From assembly GCF_006345805.1 (NCBI RefSeq), contig NC_042997.1, forward strand, positions 204,724,001 through 204,788,000: a DNA stretch of 64,000 bases. The letters run 5' to 3'. Source of the DNA: Octopus sinensis. Its lineage: Eukaryota. Of this stretch, positions 38,265-48,960 are shown in pieces. A program made the position numbers and the translations under genes. Position 1 is the first letter of the stretch. Every line of letters starts with the position of its first letter. Below the pieces are notes generated by a model, which searched no databases, was not told the DNA's origin, and was given only the letters and a program-made list of their open reading frames with translations.

Positions 38265-38680
38265 TACTCTTTACTCTTTACTCTTTTACTTGTTTCAGTC
38301 ATTTGACTGCGGCCATGCTGGAGCACCGCCTTTAGTCGATCAAATCGACCCCGGAACTTATTCTTTGTAAGCCCAGTACTTATTCTATCGGTCTCTTTTG
38401 CCGAACCGCTAAGTGGCGGGGACATAGACACACCAGCATCGGTTGTCAAGCAATGCTAGGGGGACAAACACAGACACACAAACACACACACACATATATA
38501 TATATATACATATATACGACAGGCTTCTTTCAGTTTCCGTCTACCAAATCCACTCACAAGGCATTGGTTGGCCCGGGGCTATAGCAGAAGACACTTGCCC
38601 AAGATGCCATGCAGTGGGACTGAACCCGCAACCATGTGGTTGGTTAGCAAGCTACTTACCACACAGCCACTCCTGCGCCT
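38265..38680 (-). mobile_element. Full-length SINE family 2, CpG-rich (young)
   Basis: Near-identical to 10430-10850. Confidence 0.85.
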
Positions 38681-39106
38681 ATTATCTTTTTTTATTAATT
38701 TTGATATATATTTAAAATAATATAAATTAATTAATTAATCTTATGTATTGGCTTAAGTTTTACATTGTATGATTTGCCTAATAGTGGTTTTATCTCTAAT
38801 TTAATATAATATATATACACACATATATATTTGTGCATGTCTCTGTGTTTGTCCCTCCACCTTCGCTTGACAACCAATGTTGTTGTGTTTATGTCCCCGG
38901 AACTTAGTGGTTCAGCAAAAGAGACCAGTAGAATAAATACCAGGCTTACAAAGAATAAGTCCTGGGGTTGATTTGTTTGACTAAAGGTGGTATTCCAGTA
39001 TGGCTGCTGTCAAATGACTGAAACAAGTAAAAGAATAAAAGAATTATATATATATATATACATATATATCTGGGTCTTCCTTTCTCTGGATCTTTCCTTC
39101 TCCTAT

Positions 39107-39141
39107 GTTTCCGATGAAGAGCTCCGCACGAAACGTTAAAC
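39107..39141 (+). ncRNA. Degenerate minimal hammerhead variant in a (TA)n-embedded element (39070-39240)
   Basis: GTTT-CCGATGA-A-GAGCTCCGCAC-GAAACGTT-AAAC. U4 is changed to C and stem II has a mismatch. Confidence 0.45.
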
Positions 39142-39286
39142 CCTCCTTCTTTCCTTCATTCCTGAGCGTCCAATAATACTATATTTGTTCCACATCCTCA
39201 CGTTGTTGTGTTTTTTGTGCTTTCTTGTTTGGATTAACTTTATATATATATATATATATTCTTTTATTCTTTTACTTGTTTCAGTC

Positions 39287-39326
<40 letters not shown>

Positions 39327-40112
39327 TGGCACTTGTGCCAGTGGTGCATGTAAAAACATTCGAGTGAGGTCGTTGCCAGTGCTGCCTGACTGGCCCCTGT
39401 GCTGGTGGCACGTAAAAGCACCCACTACACTCTCGGAGTGGTTGGTGTTAGGAAGGGCATCCAGCTGTAAAAACTCTGCCAGATCAAGATTGGAGCCTGG
39501 TGCAGCCATCTGGTTTGCCAGTCCTCAGTCAAATCATCCAACCCATGCTAGCATGGAAAGTGGACATTAAACGATGATGATGTATATACAAGTAATGTTC
39601 ATAGCCACCTCAACATGGCTGTCTGTTTGAATGGACCTTACTATGATTTTTTAACCCTCTAGCTGGTTAATGATGCACAGCTGCATCCAAGATATATGTG
39701 AATGTTTGTATGTAAGATGTGAGTGTATGCCAGTGTAAATAGGTGTAGATATGTGTGTGTGTGTATATACACACACACATATCTACACATCAGGAATCTT
39801 GCAAAATGAATTGATATATATGTAAGTGCCTGAAATGGTTGTGACTTCTGGAACTTGACTGAAGAAAGAAAGCCACGAATGACCCATTTTTTTTTGTCCT
39901 TCTAATTGTTTCTCTTGTCTGGCTTTGTGTTGTCTATCTGTCCGAATGCTTTAATGTATTGCGTTTTTGTTCCATTCATATATATATATATATATATAAT
40001 ATATATATACCGGAGTAAACACATAAATGTGAAACAAGGTGGAAAAAAGAGTACTCAAATACCAGGGGTAGAGTAATATGCTTTATTTAAAAGCAGCAGA
40101 AATTCAACAAAA

Positions 40113-40151
40113 CCTGTTACTCGGAGTTTCACGTTCCCATTCGTCGGACAG
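40113..40151 (-). ncRNA. Minimal type I hammerhead, minus-strand copy with a U4C core change
   Basis: CTGT-CCGACGA-ATGGGAACGT-GAAA-CTCCGAG-TA-ACAGG. Confidence 0.6.
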
Positions 40152-40167
40152 TTTTGTTAAAAATAAA

Positions 40168-40207
40168 TCTGTCTGACGAATGGGAACGTGAAACTCAGAG
40201 TAACAGG
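40168..40207 (+). ncRNA. Minimal type I hammerhead ribozyme with an intact catalytic core
   Basis: Stem I TCTGT/ACAGG, core CTGACGA, stem II ATG-GGAA-CGT, GAAA, near-palindromic stem III ACTCAGAGT, and a GUA site (cleavage after 40202). Confidence 0.75.
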
Positions 40208-40889
40208 TTTTGTTGAATTTCTGCTGCTTTTAAATAAAGTATATATATATATATATTATTAAATACATATCCTAATGTATCATGATGATGATGATGATGA
40301 TATCCTAATGTATATGTTTTGTGTATTATCTGGTGACTGCAATAGCATTGCAGAGTATATAATCTCTTATTGTCACCAGTGTTAAAACAACTTAGTCATG
40401 GACAGGCGAGATAACTCACCCTCAATTCCATTTGGGAGTAATAAACATTGATGTTTCGTCATTTTCATGGCTTGTCAGCATCACGCACCCTCTTGGGTTG
40501 AAGGCAAATCACCTAGCTAGTCCATGAGTTATATGCTCATGGCTTGCAAAATCATGAGCTCTTATTGCCTGGAAATAACATACCTAACAGAACATGCAGC
40601 TCAGTCTGGGAAGTGAACTCAGCATCTCATGTTCTTCCCTAGTGAAGAATGTACAGCCCAACACAAATTAGACTTAAGACTAGAAGGATTCAAAGACACA
40701 AACTGGTCTGGAAAAGGACAATATGGCAGCTTAAAGACCCAGTCAGAATTTTAGAGAAGTACTAGATGAAGCATTTGACTAAAGGAGAAGGAATCTGAGG
40801 ATAACAGGAGGTTCCTATGGGAACAACTGGGGTCTACAGATCAAATCTGTAACTAAAGTAAAGTTACAAACAGAGTGAAGGTGGAACAG

Positions 40890-40948
40890 GGATCTTTTCA
40901 CTTTGACCGACAGATTTTTAAAATTTGCCAGTCAAAGCGAAAAGATCC
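40890..40948. repeat. 59-nt hairpin, possibly a MITE collapsed to its TIRs
   Basis: ggatcttttcactttgac matches the reverse complement of gtcaaagcgaaaagatcc at 17/18, with further partial pairing. Confidence 0.7.
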
Positions 40949-41004
40949 TTAATGGTTTGTAGATATGTGGTATTTCATTATGCAAATATAATTTACTATA
41001 AAGT

Positions 41005-41605
41005 ATCATCATCATCATCATTATCGTTTAAAGTCTGCTTTCCATGCTGGCATGGATTGGACGATTTGACTGAGGGCTAGCGAACCAGATGGCTGCACCA
41101 GGCTCCAATCTTGATCTGGCAGAGTTTCTACAGCTGGATGCCCTTCCTAATGCCAACCACTCCGAGAGTGTAGTGGGTGCTTTTATGTGCTACTGGTATG
41201 AGGGCCAGTCAGGCGGTACTGGCAACGGCCACGCTTAAATGGTGTTTATTACGTGCCACCTGCATAGGAGCCAGTCCAGCTGCACTGGCAAAGTGCCAGT
41301 AAGGCAACGCTGGTAATGATCATGCTCAAGTGGTGCTTTTTATGTGCCACCGGCATGGAAGCCAGTCAACTGCTCTGGCAATGATCATGCTCGGATGGTG
41401 CTCTTAGCGCTCCACTAGCACGGATGCCAGTCATCAAATTTGATTTCGATTTCGATTGCCTCAACAGGTCTTTGCAAGCAGAGTTTAGTGTCCAATGAAG
41501 GAAAGGTATGCATAAGTGGGCTGGTTACACCCTTGGCATAGGCCCTGAGTTATGGTCTCACTTGGCTTGCTGGGTCCTCTCAAGCACAGCATATTTCCAA
41601 AGGTC
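41005..41605 (-). mobile_element. RTE-LINE 3' end (ORF stop, UTR with about 4 minisatellite units, GAT tail)
   Basis: Homologous to 12300-13180. Confidence 0.8.
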
Positions 41606-43170
41606 AAAAGAGAAGAGAATGATTTGGAAAAGCATGAAGAATGGGAGGAGTACTGATTTATATCTGGTAGCTACAGGGGAGGCTAAATGGCACGTTTACT
41701 TAGCAAAGGGAGAAGCAGAAAGTAAGAGGTTTGCCAATGTTCTACTTTGTAACTATCAGAGGTATGAAATGTTCCAAATTTTAAGGTAATTTATCTGAGA
41801 GAATAGAGATGTGGGTGAGAAGTGTGCATGGATGGATAATGGCACATTTGCACTAAGTGATGAAAAGTTATTAAATGTAGAGAATGTATGAGAGAAAGAG
41901 AATTTTCCAACATGAATCCAATGGAAGGATCAGCCATTCTTGTACATATGAACACTTAAGATATGAAAGCAGGGAGAGCTTTCATAGAAATTACCACCGA
42001 GATGCTTAAAATATCTGGTAGAGTAGGATATGTCCTACTCACCCATATAATTAATGAGGTTGTACAAAAAGGTGACAAACCTAATGTCTGGCATAGCTAC
42101 CTTTATAGTCAACTGGGTAAAGGTGATACCTTAGAGAGAGGCAGTTATAAGGGTATCAAATTGCAGTACCAACTCTTGAAAGTTACAGAAAAAATTATTG
42201 CTCAATTAATTAGAAAGAGGAATTGCCTAGATGCGATTCAGTTTGGTTTTGTGCCAGTGAAAGATACTACAGATGCTTTCCATTTAGTAAGACAACTGCA
42301 GAAGTACTTGGCTAAAAGTAAGACACTGTACTTAGCCTTCATCAAACTGTTGAAAGCCTGTGATAGAGTCTCTTGTTCTATGATCTGATGGTCACTGGGG
42401 GAGCTAGTTGTGAACAGAGACATACAAGCCATTTTTCTGAGGAGTTTTCAGTGAGGTGGGAGTTAGCAAAGAATACTACAATGAATTCAGCATACAGATA
42501 GATGTTTATCAGGTCCTGGTTCTTAGCCCCGTTCTATTCATCATAGACCTCCAAGCTATAACTGAGGAATTAAAAACCAGCTTTCCTTTAGAAATCCTAT
42601 GTGATGATGACCTCATTCTTGTAGCTGAACCTGTTGTAAAATTAAAAAAAGAAATTTCTGATATGGAAGCAAAAACCAGAATGAAAGTGCCCCAAAGTTT
42701 CCGTAGCAAAGACCAAAGTTTTAGTAAGTAGGAAAGCAGACAGATTCTGCTTTCATCAGGAGAATAGCCTTGCTTGATATGTAGAAAAGGAGTAGGTAGA
42801 AGTTCCATATGTACCCAGCACAAACTATAGACATATAAGAGATACAGTAGTATCATAGGAAGGTTAACAGATAAAATGGACTTTGTATATGGGATATATG
42901 CAGAAGCAATAAACACTAAGAATACACAGGTAACAAATTTTCTCAAATTCCTAAGAGAATCTCTAGAGGTTGGAGATAGCTTTTGTTATTTAGGTGATCT
43001 AATTAGTAGTGGAGGCATACGTTCTGAGAGTATAGTAGCCAAATCAAAGATTTCTCTCTCAGAGCAAAAGGTAGACTGTATGATACTTGCGTATGAAATG
43101 TAATGTTATCATGTTAGTGAGATGTAGGCCCTGAATACAGAAAACTTGGAAACTAAAAAGAAATGAAGCA
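41606..43170 (+). pseudogene. Decayed RTE-LINE reverse transcriptase region
   Basis: ORFs 41963-42388 (QFGFVP..DTTDA..KACDRV), 42456-42731 (LSPVLFII..LCDDDLIL) and 42876-43103 (SFCYLGDLIS). Confidence 0.9.
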
Positions 43171-43269
43171 GCACCTAGCCCATTTGAGAAAGGAGAAAGG
43201 TATAGGCACAAGGGTTAGCAGTTTTGCACTATCAATTTTCTTCATTGTTACTGGAACAACAACAAGGAA

Positions 43270-43600
43270 CATATGAAACCTGTCCTGATAAGAGGAGGTA
43301 CTCCTCAGAGATGACATGAAGCAATCTAGTGAAAGCCAAAAAAAAAACAAAAAAAAAACGATATAATGTAGAACATCCCTCTCTCATCGAGGACAACCAA
43401 ACAGCTGTGAACATGGAATGTCATATATTCAAAACCAGAAAACAGCCCAGATTGTCACTGAGATGAAGCTCTACAATCTCACCATATTAGGCTTTTGTGA
43501 GGCAACGTGGTTGAAGTCAGGGCAGATGTTCCTGGCTACAGGGTAAACTCTGCTCCACTCAGAGCATGTAAAGGACACATTGAAGGATAGAGAAATACAG
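43270..43600 (+). mobile_element. RTE-LINE AP-endonuclease N-terminal fragment
   Basis: Reads TWNV..KTAQIVTEMKLYNLTILGFCEATWLKSGQ across frameshifts. Confidence 0.7.
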
Positions 43601-44029
43601 AAGACCAAAAAGAACATGGAGAAAGTCCATGGAAATCAAAGCATTGGATAGTGATGATATCTGGGTACAACTGCAATTCATTGCTAAACATTGAGACAGG
43701 TTGGGATCTCACACATAATTATTTATCAACATAGACATATTGCCTAAAAATCTGTGTATATATTAAAGATCCTAATATTAAATATTAGTTTCAAACAAAT
43801 TTGTGAGACAACATTTCAAATTTGGTGAAGGAATATCCTTTATTAAATCTACCCAAGTATTTGTCTATTATATCGACATAAAGTGCAATATCTCTTGGAC
43901 TCATGGCCACTACATCACCCTTCAAAGGCTATGTATTTTCAATTCAAGAACAGGAGATTTTTAAGTAATACATAATAAATAAAAGAGACAATGAAGCCCT
44001 CGAGGGTCCAAGATGCAACTAAAAATGTA

Positions 44030-44620
44030 GATTATGTCACGTTTCTGTGGAATACATCACATGCGATTAGCAGCTGCCCAAAAATGTTATCAAGGTACTA
44101 CTCCCCTACATGATAGATGTTGTTACTTAAGCAATATACAATACCATTTGAGAAGACACATCTGGAATAAATATAGAGAATCCACCTGTTATTGAATACC
44201 TACACAAACATCAACACAAGGAACACTGCTGAAACATTCCTATCAAAACATCTGTCAAGTGTAAACATAACAAGCCAGATATTGTTGTTTGGGACAGACA
44301 AGAAAAAGTATGTATCGTCATAGAGGTCAGCTGTCCTACTGATGTGAGTATCTCATTGAAAATCAAAGAGAAAGAGAATAACTATGAACAACTGATTTAA
44401 AACCTCCAGCTTCAATATTCAAATTATGAATTTACATTTATACTAATAATAATTGGTGAATCTGGTTTTAGTGACAATCTGGACAAGGGTTTTCAGAAAA
44501 AGCCTAGGGTTTTAGAGAAAAGAAATCAACCAACTAGCTTGCTCATTACAAATACAATCTGTAAATGAAACAGTAAAAATATGCAAGACTTTTTTTCTCA
44601 AGTTTAAAATGTGACATTAT
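44030..44620 (+). mobile_element. R4/NeSL-like LINE 3' end (restriction-like endonuclease)
   Basis: Reads CKHNKPDIVVWDRQEKVCIVIEVSCPTDV...KENNY. Same family as 58860-59355. Confidence 0.8.
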
Positions 44621-45355
44621 TTTTTGTTATCTACATTCCAACATTGGAGCTTTATATTTTTGCTAGAAACAAGCCCGTTCCTCAGGGAAAAAATTTAAAC
44701 AATTTAAAACAGAAGAGAACGAATGAATGAATATACATCAATCGATCGATCGATCGATCCATCCATCCATCCATCTGTATGTGTGTATGATAGGCTTCTT
44801 TCAGTTTCCATCTGCCAAATCCATTCACAAGGTTTTGTCCATCCAGGGCTATAGTAGAAAATACTTGCCCAAAGATCCACACTATGGGACTGAACCCAGA
44901 AGCAAGTGGTTAGGAAGCAAACTTCTGAACCACACAGCCGCATGCCTCTGCCTGTTATATATATAATGTGTATGTGTGTGTGTGAGAGAGAGAGAGAAAG
45001 AGAGAGAGCGTGTGTGTTAGTGTTTTGACATTGCTTGATGGCTGTAAATGAATGTCACCATCATACAAGCGGGGTCCACCATCTTCAATCTTCTGCATAA
45101 ACATATCTGGCCATGTGGAAATATTACTTGGAAACCAGCAAGGGTTGGTGATAGGAAGAGCATCTAGTCTCAGAAAACCTGGCCACAGAAAACTTTGATG
45201 ATACTTTTAATCCAGTGGTAGTTAATATAAGAAGAAACAGATATTTGAACTAAATTTTTCTGTTCCTTAATATCTGGAAGTCAAAATTCAGATGTTCTGT
45301 TCTTTTTCTTTTTCTAAATTACTATATTTTTCCAGACTACAGTATTTATATTTAC

Positions 45356-45377
45356 CTTGTGTTTTACTAGTTTTCAT
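45356..45377 (-). CDS. Candidate 22-nt micro-exon (phase 0 to 1): MKTSKTQ
   Basis: tatttatcacag|ATGAAAACTAGTAAAACACAAG|gtaaat. It would bridge 53491 (phase 0) to 34275 (phase 1), but could be chance. Confidence 0.3.
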
Positions 45378-46369
45378 CTGTGATAAATATCAGGTGGCAT
45401 TTATTCCTTCCTGAATGTGCTCATGGTTAAGATTGGATTTGAATAAAGAACAACGTTTGTTTCTTAAACAAGGAGAGTAACAGTCTATCCACAAGCCCCC
45501 CCCCCCCACTATTGTATTGCACTCTATTGGTTACGATTGTAAGGGTCCAGTTGATCTGACCAACGGAACAGCCTGCTCATGAAATTAATGTGTAAGTGGC
45601 TGAGAACTCCACAGAGACATTTACCCCTTATGTAGTTCTCAGGGAGATTCAGCATGACACAGAGTGTGACAAGGCTGGCCCCTTGAAATACAGGTACAAC
45701 TCATTTTTGCCACCTGAGTGGACTGGAACAATGTAAAATAGTGTCTTGCTCAAAGACACAACATGCTGCTAGGAATTGAACTCATGACCTTACAATCATG
45801 AGCCAAATACCCTAACCACACAATGCCTTCTTTCACACACACACACACACACATACACACACAGATGCCCCACACACACACACATGTACATGTACACACT
45901 TTAAGGATGAGTTTAATAGATCAGAAAATTATAATCCTTTTATTGCCGTCTCATTTCAGACAATCAGAACAAACAGAGTGGACCCAATTATATTTTAATT
46001 TTTGTAATGAAGAATTACAAAGCAGAAGGCCTTAGATTATATCTTATCTTTTAACACAGAGACTAATTAATTAAATTAATTTGAATATAGTAATTTATAT
46101 GTTCTTCAATGATAGTACCATGTGTATCCTAATTTTTGAATAGAATAGATACATTATATTCATCAACAAGCAGTGAAAAGCTTGTTCCCCAGTTCAAATG
46201 TGCATCAAGCATATTCGGACATGACATTGCAATTATATTCATCTTCAAATGGTTGGAGGGTTCGACAAGAGTTGGTCAGCCAGAAGATTGCACCAAGCTC
46301 TCCTGCCTGCTTTGGCATGGTTTCTGCAGTTGAATGCCCAAGAACTTGTGAGCAATGTGTTGCTGTGGA

Positions 46370-46530
46370 CACCAAAATCATGGTACCACAGCAGCTGGAA
46401 GACCACGGAAGACATATATACAACAACTTGCAGAAGATGTTGGATGCCAAGTTGAAAATCTAAAAGCACTAATGGAAGATCGGGAGGGATGAGGAGAGGT
46501 GGTCAGACTGGCCTGGCACTCAGCCTAACT
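46370..46530 (+). mobile_element. RTE/RTE-X LINE C-terminal fragment
   Basis: Reads PNHGTTAAGRPRKTYIQQLAEDVGCQVENLKALMEDRE. Confidence 0.65.
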
Positions 46531-47232
46531 GGATGATGCCTTGTTTTTTTTTAAAAATGTCCTTCCTGATGCCATCCATGGATTGGATGCTTTTTATGTG
46601 CCACCTGTATTATTGAGGTCACCAAGTAAACTTGCCAGGCAAGACTTTTCAACAGAGGTGGGAGTAGTTTTGAGGGAGGTGGCTTTATGCCAGTTAATGA
46701 AAGGTTAAAATGTGATAGAAAGACAGGTACAAGTATCTTGTAGAAGAGATAGAGGGTTACCCCAGTTGGAACAGAGATAAAACGGTGGTGAAGATGTGTC
46801 AGGACATAGCTTCAAGATACAGGAGGGCAAATACAGGACAAGTGGTTTGGGTGGGTGAGTAAGTTCACAAGGTATTAGAGGTGACCGAAAGGGTTGGCAA
46901 CAGAAGGAACATTTAGCTTTTAAAAATTACTCGCATAGAAAAGCAGACATGAAATAGTATTGGTGGTGGTGATGATGATGATGGTGGGGGTAGAAGCGGT
47001 GGTGGTGGTGGTAGTCCTGATGATGATGATGATGATGATAATGGTAGTAATTTTGGTGACAACAAAGACAATAATTATAACCATTATGATAACGATAATG
47101 ATGATGATGATGATAACATAACAACAGTAAATCCATTACATCTATAATGTATAAATTTGTTTGAATAATTAAACATTTTCTAAAATATTTCTAAGACAAA
47201 ATTCTTTGGATATCAACATTATGAAAACTTAC

Positions 47233-47315
47233 AAAGTCAGGATTTCTTGTAGGACATGTAGACTATTAAACCTTGCTGTTATGAAGACCTCATTTAGCAT
47301 AGTTGTTAGGCAAGT
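47233..47315 (-). CDS. Weak candidate exon (phase 0 to 2): TCLTTMLNEVFITARFNSLHVLQEILT
   Basis: gttttacgtcag|ACT ... TT|gtaagt. Open in one frame, but no phase-2 partner exon was identified. Confidence 0.25.
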
Positions 47316-48359
47316 CTGACGTAAAACATGTAATGTAGTTGTGAGACAGCTCCGAAAGAGGACATGTAGTGTAGTTGTGTTGCAGCTTCATTAGAAAAAA
47401 CAAATCACAGAATCTCTCGAGACTTTAGCTCGTAAACATTGGCATTTGTCACTGTGTTCTCTATGTTTACATACAGACGTGTAGTGTGATTGTTGTATGT
47501 ATTTGATATGTATATGTGTGTATATATGTGTGTGTGTATATATATATGTATGTAAGTTATATGTGTGTATGTGTTTGTGTGTATGTACATGTGTTTACTG
47601 ACACATAGTTAAATAGGATGTTTATTAATGTGTAATTTACATGTACGTATGTGTATGTTTGTGCATGGGTGTATGTATGCATGTATGTCTATACACACAC
47701 ACACACACACACACACATATGAATACCTATATGTATACACACACACACACATGCATACACATATATATATGTGTATATTTTTGCTTAGGTACGAGCAAGC
47801 GCAATAGTAAAGTAACACAATTGTATAAGCTGATTAATTTGCACAATCTGTTAATTAAGTTGTAATCTAAATGAACTTACATAAAAAGACTTATGCTGAT
47901 GGCTGTATGTGATGTAAGAGACAAAAGAGAGGGAAAGAGGAGGAGAGAGAATGGAAGGAGAGGGAGAGATGGAAGAACGGGAGAGAGCAAGCAGATGCTG
48001 ATAATGTGTGTATCATGTCAAAGACAAAACATAATGGTGTATGTATGTATGTATGTCCGGAGAAAAAGAGGGAGAGAGAGAGTGAGAGAGACAGACAGAC
48101 AGGGGTGAGGGAGAGATATGTGATACAAAAGCAGTTAAATAGAGTGAGGTGAAAATATAAAGAAGTAAGAGAGGTAGTATTAGGTCTTGCTTTACCTTTC
48201 ATTAGAGATTAGCCACAACCTGCAGTATATTTATGTCATTTGGGAAGATCAAATTATTGAGTAACCAGGATATATACATAGTATAAAGAACAGCATTCCA
48301 TTCACAAACTTTTGCATAAAATCTTTCTGTATACATCGATGCTAGTGCTGCCTCATCAA

Positions 48360-48960
48360 TGCCAGTGCCATCTTGTCGATGCCAGTTCCACCTTGGGGTC
48401 TATGCCAGTGCCACCTTGGGGTCAATGCCAGTGGTGTGTAAATAGGACCACTCAAGTGTTACTGATGCCAGTGCCGTCTGACTGACACCCATGCCAGTGG
48501 CACGTAAAAAGCACCATTCAAGTATGGTCGATGTCAGTGCCACCTGACTGGCTCCCATGCCGGTGGCACGTAAAAAGCTCCCACTACAGGTGGTGGAGAC
48601 TAAGCTGGTGGGAAGGAGAGCGAGAGGAAGGCAGAGGATGAAGATATTCAACTGGATGAAGAAGAGAATGAATGTACAGAATAAGAAAGACCTGGGTGAT
48701 GTTGCGAGAGACAGAAATAAACGGAGGAGGAACAAGTTAGGAGTCATCAACAGCATGAATATGCCATGACACAAAAGAGGAGTACACTCTCAGAGTGGTT
48801 GGCATTAGGAAGGGCATCCAGCTGTAGAAATCTTGCCAGATCAGACTGGAGCCTGATGCAGCTTCCAGGCTTGCCAGTCCTCAATCAAAACATTCAACCC
48901 ATGCCAGCATGGAAAGCGGACATTAAATGACGATGATGATGATGATGATGACAATGATGA
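48360..48960 (+). mobile_element. RTE 3' UTR copy interrupted by a different RTE C-terminal fragment (48589-48782)
   Basis: The insert reads VETKLVGRRARGRQRMK...ARDRNK. TACA is duplicated at 48585-48588 and 48783-48786. Confidence 0.65.

Larger units (their letters stand above)
38085..39045 (+). mobile_element. SINE family 2 split at its internal (TA)n by nested insertions
   Basis: Head-side part at 38085-38165 and tail part at 38830-39045. The gap holds a hammerhead-bearing piece and an antisense SINE. Confidence 0.7.
40081..40239. repeat. 71-bp inverted repeat (69/71) with a 17-nt spacer, within a (TA)n-embedded element (40010-40240)
   Basis: Arms at 40081-40151 and 40169-40239, compared base by base. 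Confidence 0.95.

Noticed and set aside
48197-48220. 24-nt micro-exon candidate (phase 2 to 2, minus strand)
   Set aside because: It would fit the 53810 donor, but no downstream phase-2 exon was found and such short matches arise by chance.
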